A stretch of 64,000 nucleotides of DNA from Eledone cirrhosa (taxonomy: Eukaryota), in assembly GCA_964016885.1 (NCBI GenBank), contig OZ024746.1:82088001-82152000 (forward strand). Direction: 5' to 3'. A program made the translations under genes and the position numbers. How positions within the stretch are numbered: position 1 is the stretch's first letter; every line of letters begins with the position of its first letter. Below are positions 29,264-44,694 of the stretch, piece after piece. The notes beneath the pieces are model-generated. The model was not told the origin of the DNA, made no database searches, and saw nothing but the letters and a program-made list of their open reading frames with translations.

Positions 29264-29867
29264 GAATCTTCAACAATTCTTCCATAACTCGTAGAGTAAC
29301 CTCTTACCGTACGTCAACCATATCCAGTGTAGTAATTAACCATTACTACATCTTGGATAATCCTATACCTAATATATATATATATATATAACCACATACT
29401 GATATATTCTTCCCCTACATCCAGGCAACCCCTGAAAATGTATGTATATATATATATACATACATTTCTATAAGAAGAAAAAACGAAATGGTCGAGATAG
29501 GGAACAGTATACCTCTTTTGAACAGAATTAATCGTTGCGTATACTATGTTCCAACTTCAAGGCGTTTGAGGGTCGCCTAACAGTTTTTTTCTTGTAAGGC
29601 TCTGGATAGGTGCGTCCGTTCAATTCTAGGCCCGTAGTTGGTCATTTGTCTTTGCTGGTTCGTCCACATATTTAATGGGATTTTTGTTGCGTTAACACTG
29701 GTCTGAGGATCAGGCAGACTTGGAGTCTGGTCTGGGGGAGCCAACCCAGATCACGAGCCAGCTGCTTGAGAAACATTTGTAACCAGGATTGAGCAATAAA
29801 TCTATGTAACATCTCCACTTTGTTATACATATATATACTACAAAACTCCGGATTGAATTACAACATC

Positions 29868-30090
29868 CTAAATTTTCTTATCAAATAGAAACTTTCGAAC
29901 TTTCGCAGTTATCTCCCTTGCACCTCTCGCATGCAATTTAGTATTGCCTGAGTGAAGTGACCGATTCTGCGCATGCGCGTTCATACGGGTGTCCTTCCTG
30001 TTCCGTATAACCATGTCCATTACGAGCTGAGGATCCGCCAAGGTGAAACAATTGTTCTCGATATGGTGAATTAACTGTTGTGTAATCACT
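29868..30090 (+). mobile_element. Solo Penelope pLTR with HHR family E at 30023-30060
   Basis: Homologous to 49692-49900; CGAG CTGAGGA TCC gccaa GGT GAAA CAATTG TT CTCG. Confidence 0.8.
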
Positions 30091-30221
<131 letters not shown>

Positions 30222-30243
30222 ATATATGAATATATGTATATAA

Positions 30244-30292
<49 letters not shown>

Positions 30293-30294
30293 AC

Positions 30295-30345
<51 letters not shown>

Positions 30346-30380
30346 GTGTGTGTGTGTATATATGTATATATACATATATG

Positions 30381-30435
<55 letters not shown>

Positions 30436-30882
30436 ATTTTTTCTTGCTTTCCTCCTATTTACACCCTCTCTCATATCTCTAATTTGCTCTACGTCCCATT
30501 CTTCTTTAAGTTTATCATATTATTTGTGGTATATAAACATTGAGATTTGATGAAATAAATCACTGCCAATACTGGAATTGTATAATCAAGACCGTAGCGG
30601 TATGCCATATATCAAATCATATATTTTATCTGAAAAAAAACAACAAAAAAAAAACAACACAGTACATTTGAAATATATATAATAAAGCATATATTTTGAT
30701 TATGTGAATATCTTTCATTTGTTAATATTTTGAATAATATTAAAAACTCCAGGAAAACTTTAATCTATTGCTTTTAATCTATTGTAAAATTGTATTCATT
30801 GAGTAATCAACGCACCACATTAATCTTTGATTATATATATATATTAAAAGAAGCCCCTCAGGCGGAGCTCTGCTAATTATAA

Positions 30883-30958
<76 letters not shown>

Positions 30959-31034
30959 TTATAATTAGCAGAGCTCCGCCTTGAGTTTTTTCACTCTGTT
31001 TGGTGGTTTGATATCTCTCTGTTGTTTTCCTGTT

Positions 31035-31262
31035 TTCTTTTTTTCTTTTTTCTTTTTTCTTTTTTCTTTTTTCTTTTTTCTTTTTTCTTTTTTCTTTTTT
31101 CTTTTTTCTTTTTTCTTTTTTCTTTTTTTCTTTTTTTCTTTTTTTCTTTTTTTCTTTTTTCTTTTTTCTTTTTTCTTTTTTCTTTTTTCTTTTTTCTTTT
31201 TCTTTTTTTCTTTTCTTTTTTCTTTTTTCTTTTTTCTTTTTTCTTTTTTCTTTTTTCTTTTT
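31035..31262. repeat. (CTTTTTT)n polypyrimidine microsatellite
   Basis: Direct reading of the sequence. Confidence 0.95.
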
Positions 31263-31440
31263 GTTTATTTATCTCTCCCTTTCTTTTCTCCACGTTTCTC
31301 TCTCTCTCTCCGTCTTTTTACTTATCCTTAACACTACGACTTACTAAAATAAACAAACCACTATCCTGATGTCTTCCAAAAGTAACGGTCGCATTTTGAA
31401 AGGGTACGTCAATGTTTATTTATAAAACTGGTATATATTG

Positions 31441-31505
31441 TATTTTGTCTGATGAAGGCATACCATAATTTAACGTGGTATCCTTGAAATATGTATAATG
31501 AAATA
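31441..31505 (+). ncRNA. Minimal hammerhead ribozyme, family A
   Basis: TATTTTGT CTGATGA AGGcATACCA..TGGTATCCTt GAAA TATGTA TA ATGAAATA. Confidence 0.8.
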
Positions 31506-32332
31506 AATATGGTTTTATAAATATAGTTTCCATTTGTTAATATCGTATATATATATATATATAATTTAGCGAGAATCGCATTTCGGCGGATAGAAATTAG
31601 CGAAACGCAACTTCAATAATGTGCAGACAAGCGCTCCATGCATATGAAGAGGATAGCAGAGCTATAAACATAAGTTTAAAGGGTCATACACGCTGAGACG
31701 ATGGTTAAGAAGCCATGGCGACCATAGCCAAAAAAGCGAACAAGCTAAACGGGTCAAACAAAATGAGATATGATTGAAATAGTTACCCGGACGCTCAGGG
31801 AAGATGTAATACTCCGAAATTTGGGTTTCTGCAACACCTAAATCAATAATTGTTTCTACGTTAGGCACAAGGCCAGCAATTATCCAGTGTATTACTGGTA
31901 CTTTATTTTATCGACCCCGTAAGGATGAAAGGCAAAGTTAAACACCTAAATCAATAATATTGTCTGCTTATAAAAATAAAAATAAGCTTTTGGTATAATG
32001 ATCGAACAAGGCATCACTTTCTCAACGGGTTTTTGTTCATTTCTCGGCGGAATCTCTCAGGTTGTGAAAGCACATGTGAGATTCTAAGGGGAGGAAACTC
32101 CTATATATATATATATATATATGCACGAATTACGTACCCACGTACATACTAATTTGAATAATCAGAAAAGTAATTTATAAAGTAGAGATTTGAATTCTAA
32201 TAAAGTCTTAAATATTCCGTAATTTGAGTAATTTTTTCTTGTCTGTAGACACAACTGTTTATTTAATGTGTAAGTTTCTTTCCGTCTCTCTCTCTCTCTC
32301 TCTCTCCTCTTCCACCTTTCTCTCTCTCCCTG

Positions 32333-32380
<48 letters not shown>

Positions 32381-32383
32381 CTG

Positions 32384-32489
<106 letters not shown>

Positions 32490-32612
32490 TATATATATAT
32501 ATACCTGTATATACATATATACATACATATATATATATTTATATATATATACATATATATATATTCATATATATATATACACTGTATATACATATATACA
32601 TACATATATATA

Positions 32613-32696
<84 letters not shown>

Positions 32697-33199
32697 AACA
32701 CATTCACATTGAGACATGAATACACCCACGCACACATACCAAATATGACCATGTATGTATTTACCTCGCGTCAAGAATTCTTAACAAATAGATCGATATA
32801 TTAACAGCTCTCTCAACAATATAGATAGACCTATCACTAAATGACATTTCATTTTCTATCGATTTCCTTTTGCATCAGGATTTATTCCTGTGTCGGATCA
32901 ATTTATCCATTCGTTTTCTTTCGTTCCGGATACGTATTTTCTTTACACCTCCCGTGGTTTAAAACAAGAGAATAAATAAATAAATAAATAAATGCCTTAT
33001 TAGTTAGTTACAAGGTTACACATTTTTATGTGGTGAAGGATATAGTCGACTTGGTTAACCCTTCCGATACAAATCTACTTATTTTCAAGTGCTTATATTT
33101 ATCTCAGCATCATAATTTTATATAAGAACCTTTGTTGTGTTCTGTTACAAACACCTGCTTGATAAAGAGTAAGTTAGTTATATTATTAAATCCATCCAG

Positions 33200-33388
33200 G
33201 GCGGTGGATTGGCAGTATCGGTAGAGGGTCGGACGCCATGCTTTCCAGCATAATTACGTCTCTTTACGATATGAGTTCAAATCCCGCCGAGGTTGACTTT
33301 GCCTTTCATCCTTACGGGGTCGATAAAATAAAGTACCAGTAATGCACTGGGTAATTGCTGGCCTTGTGCCTAAAGTAGAAACAATTAT
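33200..33388 (+). mobile_element. SINE family 1, full-length reference copy (tRNA-like head, Meta-domain-like core)
   Basis: A-box-like ggattggcagtatcggtagag, B-box-like gagttcaaatccc, core gcctttcatccttacggggtcgataaaataaagtacca; more than 15 copies in the window. Confidence 0.9.
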
Positions 33389-33548
33389 TAAATCCATCCA
33401 AATTCTTAGTCAGTTTTAAAATCATAGGCAGTGTAGGTATCTAATAGGTAGAGTCGTTAGAACGTCGAATAGAATGCTTTGCGATAATCGTCCTAGTTCT
33501 CTGAGCTCTTTATAGAATGATTAAAGACATTAATTTAGGGTGAGAGTT

Positions 33549-33580
<32 letters not shown>

Positions 33581-35061
33581 CGTGTGCGTGTGTGTGCGTG
33601 TGTGTGTGTGTGTTTTCAAAGCGTCATTTCATTTAAATATGAACGAAATTGAGCGTGAAATTTAAAAAAATAAAACAAATAGTGTTTGTAATTACTGGAT
33701 CGTTCTTTTAATAAGTTCATGCTCTGTGAAAGAAAAAATAATAATCGTGAAAGAAAAAATAATAATCAAATATTTTTCTGTAATCATGAGTTCCACAGTA
33801 TTGCTATCACTTTTTTCTGCACTTTGTACACTATATTTTAGCACAGGTAATTTATGTTAAATAAAACTGTTCAAATTTAGATTGAAATAACACTGGAGAA
33901 TAACTTTTGGTTCTTTAGATGTTAGACATGTTTCTGGGTATGTTGGGATTACTGATTCTAAAAATAACATGCAATTAGTTTTTATCCACCAGCTCTGTTT
34001 ATCAAGATATTATATATAGCTATATATATTTATATATAATGTATTTATATATAATATATTTATATATAATAATATGTAATTGCTGACTGGCAATCCCTGT
34101 AGTTAACAACTGTATACAAAAGTATGATATAAAAAAAAAATAGTGCATTAACACCAAACAAGCCTAAGGTGAGAAAATACTTATAAATTTCAAACATGTT
34201 TGAGGCACAAAATGTTTTTTCAATGCGACATCTTACACAAACCGCGTTTCTTTGACTTCCTGTGACGAGATGTGCCTCGACATTCACGTTGGATGCTCCA
34301 ACAGTAATCTACCATCATGTGAGTATCCCATTATCCACTGTACCATTCTTCCATGGTCCTTAGTTCCTGGTGAAATTGTTCACCATATTCCTCACTTAGA
34401 TTACTGAGGTTATTTGGGTGACGATCCAAATGACTGTGGAGGTAATGCAATTTGAATGTGAAACAGGCCATCAAGTTGAGTCTATCTTAGGATGCATCCA
34501 TTTTCTCCGGTTACGTACGTTGATGACCAATATATTCACCAAACGAAAGTAACAGTCATCAATGTTGGTTTACGGTTCTGTCCATACCATTGGTATACCA
34601 AATTCCAGACACGTCCTCTTTCTGTTGGTCCATATGCTCTATATATATGTTTTACACACAATATGAGGTGCCCATGGCTTATCTTAGTCCCCAGAACCCA
34701 GGTTTGTTTATCTCCTCATGATGGGCCCTGGAAACGTATCTCTGATCTCTGATCTCGATCAGGCTAACAACAACAATCTGAGACCAACTCATACGCAAGA
34801 ATAAAATCTTGGTCCCCTAGCTGTACTTTGGAATAGGCAAAATATGATCTTTTTCCCCGAAATCACTAATAGTTTATCTCTGTTCAACAAATGTGGACTC
34901 TCCACAAATAAATCAAAAACACACCTGGATGATTTAAACATTTCATTTGTCTTGAAGTCATCTCAACACCTGTAGCAGGAAATAATTCATGTTAGTGCTT
35001 GTACAATAAACATTCAAGAAAGCTCCTTCTTCTTCTTCTTCTTCTTCTTCTTCTTCTTCTT

Positions 35062-35093
<32 letters not shown>

Positions 35094-35299
35094 AGTTGGA
35101 AAGTAGTGGTAAAGTTGTTAGAGTGTCGATATACATTGTGATTCTCTATTTTCAAACCCGCAGAAATTAAATTTGCATTTCACCCTTCTGAGATCAATAA
35201 AATAAGGTTATCGGGGAAAGTACTGGAGTGTGGTCGAACGAAATTTCGGGACCCACGGGCGTCATCCTTTTCCGGAAAAAATCTTGGTTATACAACATC

Positions 35300-36175
35300 A
35301 TATAGATGCGCTTTTTATAGTCCCCCTTTTTGAAAATTATCACTCCCGATTGCCATTGCTTAGGTGCCTTTCCAGAGATCCAGGCCACCCGACACATACG
35401 AGTAAGCCAAAGAATACTTTCTCTATTTAAATCTTTTAATATCTCGGGCCGGATTTCATCTTCCCCAGCGGCCTTGCTACATTTGACCTCTTTAACTACT
35501 CTTGTGACCTCAGCCTCTCAGAGACTAGTCACTGCTCCCAGATGCGGTTGTGATCGGATTTAGGAGATCAGCAAAGCATTCTCTCTACCTCGTGAGGATG
35601 CACATCTCTGAAAATGGAGAACCCCAGACGCGTTCTTAAGGAGGGCTTCTTATTACGAAGTCGGCGGATGGGCTGCCAGAACACTTTATTTGTTGATCTG
35701 AATTTGTATTCCAGCGTAAACCCAAAGTCCTCCTGTGTCGTAACTTTGGACGCCTTTTACTGTCTCTGCTGCAATTCTTCGTGTCTGTTTGTACCGCAAG
35801 TGTAAGAAGGAATTATTTCCAAGCCAAGCTTCATAAGCCTCCTTCTTTGCTCGGATGGTATCTTTGACCTCTTGATTGAACCAAGGGGTTCTCCTGCCAT
35901 CAGGCGCCACACCAAGTCTCTTTCGCCCGCAGCATTTAATAGCTTAAGCAGAAACTGCTGCGCTGAACAATCTCCACTCTGCCGCAACGTCCTCATTTTA
36001 CTCAGGCAGTTCTCTGAATTTGAATGCAATAATATCTGCATACCTGCTCTTGATTTCCTTGTAATTATCCTTGTAATAATGCTTCCCGCTCTGGACCTGC
36101 TAGTTTTGTGTGCTTCCTTATCTTTAGTTAGTCTCAAGTTGCAGATACCTAGATGGTGATATGTTGACAGCATTT
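35300..36175 (-). pseudogene. RTE-clade LINE internal fragment (endonuclease-RT linker)
   Basis: RRTPWFNQEVKDTIRAKKEAYEAW and WISGKAPKQWQSGVII; frameshifted. Confidence 0.75.
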
Positions 36176-36751
36176 AACAGCTGATTCAGCAGCAGCAGCA
36201 AAATTACAGCTACAATTTATTTATACAAGTACATTTAGACTTATTAGCAACTCATAATACTATTCATAAAGAGTATGAAAGTAGTTAATGACGCATGCAA
36301 TATATGAAAAGTTAGAACTACTCGAAAAAAATTGAAGATATTTTCTCAATCGGCAACACGAAAATATACAGAATTAGCTCTAAGAACTCAGAAAAAAAAG
36401 TTTTTTTTTGTTCAGCATTGTGTAATATTCAGTACGTGTTTTGTTGGCCACCACAGTTCTCATGCTGTTGGAAAAAGATTAGAGAGCAACAAGGAAAAGT
36501 TGTAACATCTTGATATTTTTTACATTATATAAAACAATTACATTGTTTTGTTTTATAACTAATGACATACGTCACATGTTGCGTAGCAAGATGTCTAATT
36601 ATTACACATACACATACATACACATACACACAAACATATAGACACATATACATACATACATACATTCAATCATATATACATACATATATATATACACACA
36701 CACATATTTAATTACATAATAAACAACACAATATAATTATATATATATATA

Positions 36752-36790
<39 letters not shown>

Positions 36791-36928
36791 CCAAAGATTA
36801 ATATGGTTCGTTGATCAACGAATATAATTTTACAATAGATTAGAAGCACTCGACAGCAGATTTCTTGGAGTATTCAATATTATTCAAAATGTTAATAAAT
36901 GAAAAATATTCTCATAATCAAAAAATAT

Positions 36929-36990
36929 ATTTTATTATACATATTTCAAAGGTACAATGGTGTTTAAGTACGTTTTCATCAGACAAAATA
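36929..36990 (-). ncRNA. Minimal hammerhead ribozyme, family A, within the 36885-37082 fold-back
   Basis: TATTTTGT CTGATGA AAAcGTAC..GTACcTTT GAAA TATGTA TA ATAAAATA. Confidence 0.75.
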
Positions 36991-37079
36991 TATGATTTTA
37001 AACACCATTGAAACCTTTGAAATATGTATAATAAAATATATTTTTTGATTATGAGAATACTTTTCATTTATTAACATTT

Positions 37080-37153
<74 letters not shown>

Positions 37154-37249
37154 TAATAAATGAAAAATATTCTCATAATCAAAATATATATTTTATTATA
37201 CATATTTCAAAGGTTTATATATATATATGAAAACAGGGAGAAAGAGACG

Positions 37250-38526
37250 ATTATTAACAAGAAAAATATATTGTTTTCCTTTTTTGTTTCTCTCTCTCTC
37301 TTTTCTGGGTTAGAAAAAAAATAAAACGAAATGTTTTACTTTGTGTGAAGTGTTAAAGTATCAGTTGATTTATTTATTATTTAACAATGGCATTTATTTA
37401 TCTATTTATATATTTAATAATTATCTATTACCGGTTTCAGCATTTTTATGCATTATCAAATGATAGTGTGGTGTCACACATGTTAAAGAGAAGGTGCAGA
37501 AAGAATAATGTTATTTATAAACAAGGTTTATGAAGTGAAAAGTAAAAAGAAAAAAGAAAAAGAAAACGGGCATAATGTAGAGCATAAAAAGTTAATGTGG
37601 AAGAAATACAGGTTTAGTTCTTGAAGTTAGGCAGATCAAAATGTGTTAATATAGCAAGAGTGCTTAGTTGATCCATGATTCCATGATGGAGGCAAATGGT
37701 GGACTGAGGTTTGATATGATTTCCCTTTTTAGAGAGTTAATATGCAGGGGGAAGCAATTCTTGCTGGATGATATTTAATTTATTTAAGAAAAAGGATTAG
37801 GTAGGGTGTGAGGGAGGTAACTCTTGTAAATGTTTGATTGTTTGTTGCAGTTTTAGATTGGTCCAATTTTTAGAGCATTAAGTAGAGGTTGGAATTTGTT
37901 AATGAAATAAGTTTCCTTATTGGTACGTTGGATGAAAGTAGCGTTGTCTATGAATTTGTAAATGGGGAATATTTTAAAGTTTGGATGTTGGTTGTGGGCA
38001 CAATTGGCGATATGTTCACTAAATGCAATCTTTCTGTATTCCCGTATTTTAATTTGTGATTTATGGACGGTCATACGTTGACGGAGGCTGTTTTTTGTCT
38101 GTCCTATGTAGTGCTCTTGACAACCTGAGCAGGTAAAAACATAGATTAGGTTTTCAGATGCACATGTAAAGTTGTGTTTAACTGTGAAACTTGTGTTTAA
38201 CTGTGAAACGCTGTCCTTGTTTAAAATGGAATGTTGAACCTTCTATTAGATTTATGCATATGCTACAGTTGGGCCTTCCGCATTTTGTTACTGTAGGGTT
38301 CATTGTGAGGGTTTGTTGGATTTTGGCTTGTGTGAGGATGTTTTTTATGGATTTAGGTTGTCTTTTGCTCTTTATGATGTTGAGTGTTTGGAGGATTTTG
38401 TTCATTCTTGGGTCTCTTTTTAGTAAAGGAATGTTCTGGAGGATGGTGTCGAATGCCTCATTGTTGAGGGGGTTGTGTGTGGAGATGTATGGTAGAGTTT
38501 TTTTGGACCTGGGCATATCAGAGGAT
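37250..38526 (-). mobile_element. Penelope-like element 3' fragment (GIY-YIG endonuclease and 3' region with HHR)
   Basis: KCGRPNCSIC, NLIYVFTCSGCQEHYIGQTKNSLRQRMTVH, KETYFINKFQPLLN. Confidence 0.88.
37425..37466 (-). ncRNA. Hammerhead ribozyme, U3-A8 variant, downstream of the Penelope ORF
   Basis: TTGATAA tGCAT aaaa ATGCt GAAA CCGG TA atagata. Confidence 0.65.
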
Positions 38527-38785
38527 TGACAAAGTTAAACACCTCAACAACATATGTACCCGTCTCTACCACACTAATTCGGACTGCCTGAAGAGGTCAC
38601 AGCCAAAGATGGCTGTCACCAAAATATATATAGCAGTAATAAACGAAGCCAAATTTTAAATATTTGACTTATTTATTTTAATTTATTTTACATTACTCCG
38701 GAGTAACCAAAACAATCTGCGCACTTCGTCGAGTGCTCCATTCTGCATACTGATGTGTCAGTAAACAACCAACTTATACTAAAAA

Positions 38786-38790
<5 letters not shown>
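38527..38790 (+). mobile_element. pLTR family B with HHR at 38583-38637 (G12A mutant)
   Basis: Homologous to 2868-3125. Confidence 0.75.
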
Positions 38791-38849
<59 letters not shown>

Positions 38850-39854
38850 TGGACCCTCAACAGAAGCCCTGTATATCATCCAATCAACTACAAGAAAAAC
38901 ATATTTAATGGGTATATACACTTGGGCTGTTAGCGTACTACTTACTATATGTCTTAATTAATTATGAAGAGGAGCGATAATTATACCCAAAATTAGTCAT
39001 TCCATCACAAAATAATACTGAGAGTGAATAAGTATATATAACCATCGATTACATGTTTGCTTGTGGTTCATTGGATGATATACACGTCTTCTGGTGAGAG
39101 TCCAACAAGGTCCGAAAATCGATTAAAGATGTTCCTCATTTTTTTTTATTTACAGGGAAACTTATTTTACATGCTTACATATTAGATATGTGTATATATT
39201 TATACATGCTGGCGCATTCTCGGTTACACACTCTGTATTTATACAGATATAACTTTGTCATACGTTGAATGCTAGTGCATTTCCATATAGATACATATAA
39301 ATTGATGTTGTGAGCAACAGTTTCGTATTTACAGGGTGGAATGGATGTGACATATATTTTACGAGAATTGTACAATAATTGTAAAACATTCAAGTACAAA
39401 TTCAAATTAAAATTAAAATTAAAATCAAAATCAAAATCAAAGGCACGGAGTGGAATACATGCAACAGTTAAAACAAGGGAATAGTCCAAATATTAAAGAG
39501 GCATTGAGGAAGCAGTTTTTAGAAAGGAAGAGTGCGATAACAATTCATATGCAGGCGTGTGGATAGTGTGACTGCATAAGTCATATACATGAGAAGGAAA
39601 ACATGAGAAGAAATGTTTGTACAATTATTGTACAATTCTCGTAAAATATATGTCACATCCATTCCACCCTGTAAATACGAAACTGTTGCTCACAACATCA
39701 ATTTATATGTATCTATATTATTGTTCAGTTGGATAGGAGGGTAATTATATGTGCAAACATTGGTAACGCTCCGCTGACTCCAAACGAGAGTTTGGAAGAA
39801 ACGATTGTCAGCTATTATATGATTTGAACCCAACTTTGATAATTGTATAATTTA

Positions 39855-39891
<37 letters not shown>

Positions 39892-39929
39892 AGGAGGTTA
39901 TAGTTCACTTGAAGCATTGTGTAATGAGG

Positions 39930-40351
39930 TATAAACGTTTGTATATGTATAATAAAGCCAAAGCAATGCAGGTATGGGCATAGAATAAAGAATGCAAATG
40001 CAAAAGATATTGTTGACAATTAGTCTTTTACCTTAGATTTATTTAAATGTCCTTAATTTTCGAGATAATATCTCTTCTTCGGAGGGAAGTAAAGCGGTTA
40101 AACCAGCGTTCTAAATAGCTTGCCAAATCATGCTGACATTTCCAGTCAGCATGACTTGGCAAGCTATTTAGAACACTGGTTTAACCGCTTTACTTCCCTC
40201 CGAAGAAGAGATATTATCTCGAAAATTAAGGACATTTAAATAAATCCAAGGTAAAAACTAATTGTCAACAATATCTTTTGCATTTGAATTCTTTATTCTA
40301 TGTCCATACCTGCATTGTTTTGGCTTTATTATACATATACAAACGTTTATA
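39930..40351. repeat. Fold-back, ~205-bp arms with a few mismatches
   Basis: Axis gctgac-atttcca-gtcagc (~40141). Confidence 0.9.
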
Positions 40352-41139
40352 TATATATATATATATTTATTAAAATAACATGTTAAAGTTTAAGCAAAGA
40401 ATCGCTGCTTTCACTCATAACGGAATCTTCTGAAACTAAAAAAATCAATCTGTGAACACAAGTAAATATTTCGAAAAACGTTGCAACCAAAGGAAAACAG
40501 GAAGACGATACTTTGGTTCGTGGAGACGTTCCCTGGCATTGAACGAAAAAAAAGCGAAGATAATACGTCATAATTTGGAGCGGTGAGAACAATTACACGC
40601 AAAGACAAAACCACGTTTATGGTATAAATGAAGTCGTAGACTAATATTCTATTTAGGAAACCGAATGATTCTCGGCTTCAGAGTTGAGAATAATGTAAAT
40701 AAATTACAGAGGTTATTGAAATCAACAATAATTAAATGTATACATACACGCATCCAAATACGTACACATGCATACGTGAAAACACCCGCCATGGTATGCA
40801 TATACAGACACGTACACAAAAACACGCGCACGCATACGAAAACCTGCGCAACACCTGTACCCACACACATATGAACGTATACACCAAATACACATAAAAA
40901 TATATATTTAAAAATATATATATATGTGTGTGTGTGCGTGTATACATATAATTATATAAACGTATATAAATATACACACATAAATACGTATATAATGCAC
41001 GCAAACACATACCTACAGGTAAATACACATATATTCGCTAAACGTACGTCAACCAAACACAAAGTACACACCCTACATACGTGCAAACGTATACACACAC
41101 AAACGCAAAATACACGTATACACATGTACCAGCATATAT

Positions 41140-41328
41140 AATTGTTTCTACTTTTAGCACAAGGCCAGCAATTATCTCAGTGCATTACTGGTACTTTATT
41201 TTATCGACCCCGTAAGGATGAAATGCAAAGTTAACCTCGACGGGATTTGAACTCAGACCGTAAAGGGACCTAACTATACTGCAAAGCATGGCGTCCGACC
41301 CTCTACCGATACTGCCAATTCACCGCCC
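41140..41328 (-). mobile_element. SINE family 1, full length
   Basis: Reverse complement of the 33200 copy. Confidence 0.9.
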
Positions 41329-41827
41329 TAATATATATATTATATATACCGTACCAGTATATATAATATAATATATACACCTATAACAAATACAAGCAAA
41401 TATACGTACGAGAAAGTATACGTACCTTCACAAAACATACACGTAATATATACTTACCTATACAAATAAGTAATGGTATAAACATAAAATATACTTAGCT
41501 ACCACATCAAGACGTAAATTATCCGCGTATTGTTCGTACTACCCGTTAGGGTATACATATATATATATATGTATGTATATATATATAAGTATATAAATAT
41601 GAATACAAATTCTTAACACAAAATCATCGTCGATGCACACAACACACTCGCACATCCATACACACATATATACTGTATGTTTGTGTATGTATGCGTGTAT
41701 GCATGTATGCATGTATATGTTTATCTGTAGTTATCATTTTGAGTTATACCTAATTTGTGGAGAGGAAGTGTAAGGTGATAGAATATCACGATTTCATGTC
41801 TGTAAATTCCCTTCAAGCCTTGTAAGC

Positions 41828-41904
<77 letters not shown>

Positions 41905-42035
41905 TCTGTTTCTTCCTCTCTTTAAATTAGGGTACAGATTCCTTAGCATCTTTCAGCTAAGTAACGAAACAATCTTCACGCAAAGACTTTGCATGCTTTC
42001 ATGCAAAGAATACATGGATTGAAAAATAAAAGTAG

Positions 42036-42098
<63 letters not shown>

Positions 42099-42215
42099 CA
42101 TATACATACAATCACACACACGCACACATATATGTATATATATATGTATAGATAGATAGATATGTTAATCCCGGGTTCGATCGGGGGATAACCACAGTAG
42201 GTAAGGTACTCTAAG

Positions 42216-42266
42216 GGCTTCCTGATGATTTCTCCCGAATGAAACAGTTCTAGTCCTGTAGAAGCC
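42216..42266 (+). ncRNA. Hammerhead ribozyme, family C
   Basis: GGCTTC CTGATGA TTTC tccc GAAT GAAA CAG ttctagtc CTG TA GAAGCC. Confidence 0.85.
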
Positions 42267-42559
42267 ATTTCTTGTGACCAGCCACGCCGATCGGCGCCCG
42301 ACAGACTGGTCAGTCAAGGTGATCAAGACATAAATACTTATATATGTGTGAGTTATTGTATACACACATATATATAGATAAATACTTATATACTTATATG
42401 TGTGTGTGAGTGCGTGTATGAAGTAAGAGTATCTCTCTGTGAATTTATGCTCTTATATTTTCAATTTACAGGGAAAGACATTTGACATTTGACATTTTTA
42501 CACGCCTATTCACTCAATGTGCCACTTTATATATATATATATATTTACGTGTTGCTTCT

Positions 42560-42649
<90 letters not shown>

Positions 42650-42659
42650 ACTCCCTCTT

Positions 42660-42697
<38 letters not shown>

Positions 42698-43254
42698 GAA
42701 AAAAGAAAACGAAAGAGTTTGCAGGAAGAAAAAAACATTTTCTATTCAACAAACATTTTATTAACGAAAATAATGTAATCTATAATTTCGATTAATTAAT
42801 TAGTTAATTCATTTTCTTCAATCTCATTAGGAATAATAAATGAGTAAAAATATCCCTTAGAATGAATAATATAACGATTATATAATGAGAAGTAATCATA
42901 TTTAAATGTGTAAGTGATCCGGGAGGCATAAGACATCTTATGTAATTACTCAATATGTCTGAAGAATGTAATTATTTTAAAAAAATCAAAAAGGAGATAA
43001 GCTATATAAATTCATTATAAGTAATAAAGGTGTTTGGTATATCGTTATTAGCAGACTTTAGTTAAACATTATTTCACAGTCAAAAGTAATAATATATATA
43101 ACTTTATTGTATGCTTCGGCACAATTTTACAGATATCAAAATTACCTGTCAACATGAGCGCTAATAATATGCAAATTAGTACGTCTGTTTTAGGATACTG
43201 CTACAAACGATAGGGCGTACAAGACTCTCAATTTTGTATTGCCTTTGGTTGTTT

Positions 43255-43378
<124 letters not shown>

Positions 43379-43452
43379 GTGGGTAATTATAAATACTACA
43401 GAGCTGAATTACAATATAAATGACAATCGAAGAGTGTTTAAAACATTTAATC

Positions 43453-43497
43453 ACTTACAATCGTTTCATCCTAGCACAAGAACGATTTCATCCGAGT
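43453..43497 (-). ncRNA. Hammerhead-like motif, U4G variant
   Basis: ACT CGGATGA aaTC..GAT GAAA CGATTG TA AGT. Confidence 0.45.
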
Positions 43498-43556
43498 AGA
43501 TAATAAAGTCAAACACAAATATAATATCAAAACTTTGTCACAATATACCAATAGAT

Positions 43557-43623
<67 letters not shown>

Positions 43624-43767
43624 TTCTGTTGAAAGCCCAGTTTGGTTCGATAATTATATTTTGATTGACTGAAAAATACATATATTTGGCATGTTTATAT
43701 ATCTATATACTCGACGTGTAAATTGGGAAAAGCAAACAAGATAAAACGTTACCTGATTTACTTCGTG

Positions 43768-43860
43768 GTCCCGACTGCAGTTTCGCCGTGTAAGACCAGC
43801 TTCGATATTCTAATAAGTTAGGATATCCTCCGCTGGGAGACCACAGCTCTTCAGAAGAAC
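43768..43860 (-). ncRNA. Hammerhead ribozyme with long stem II (family K)
   Basis: CTGAAGA GCTGTG..CCAGC..GATAT..CTAA/TTAG..ATATC..GCTGG..CACGGC GAAA CTGCAG TC GGGA. Confidence 0.75.
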
Positions 43861-43911
43861 AAATATGACCAGTAGCGATCAGTTGAAATTTCCTAACTTA
43901 TTACAATAGTC

Positions 43912-44694
<783 letters not shown>

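Noticed and set aside
39768-39813. HHR-like CTGAC TCCAAAC gaga GTTTGGA a GAAA CGATTG TC
   Set aside because: The core lacks G8-A9; probably a degenerate HHR and not counted
40197-40232. CCGAAGA-a-GAGATA/TATCTC-GAAA motif
   Set aside because: Needs U4C, an extra nucleotide and only a 3-bp stem I; too weak to call
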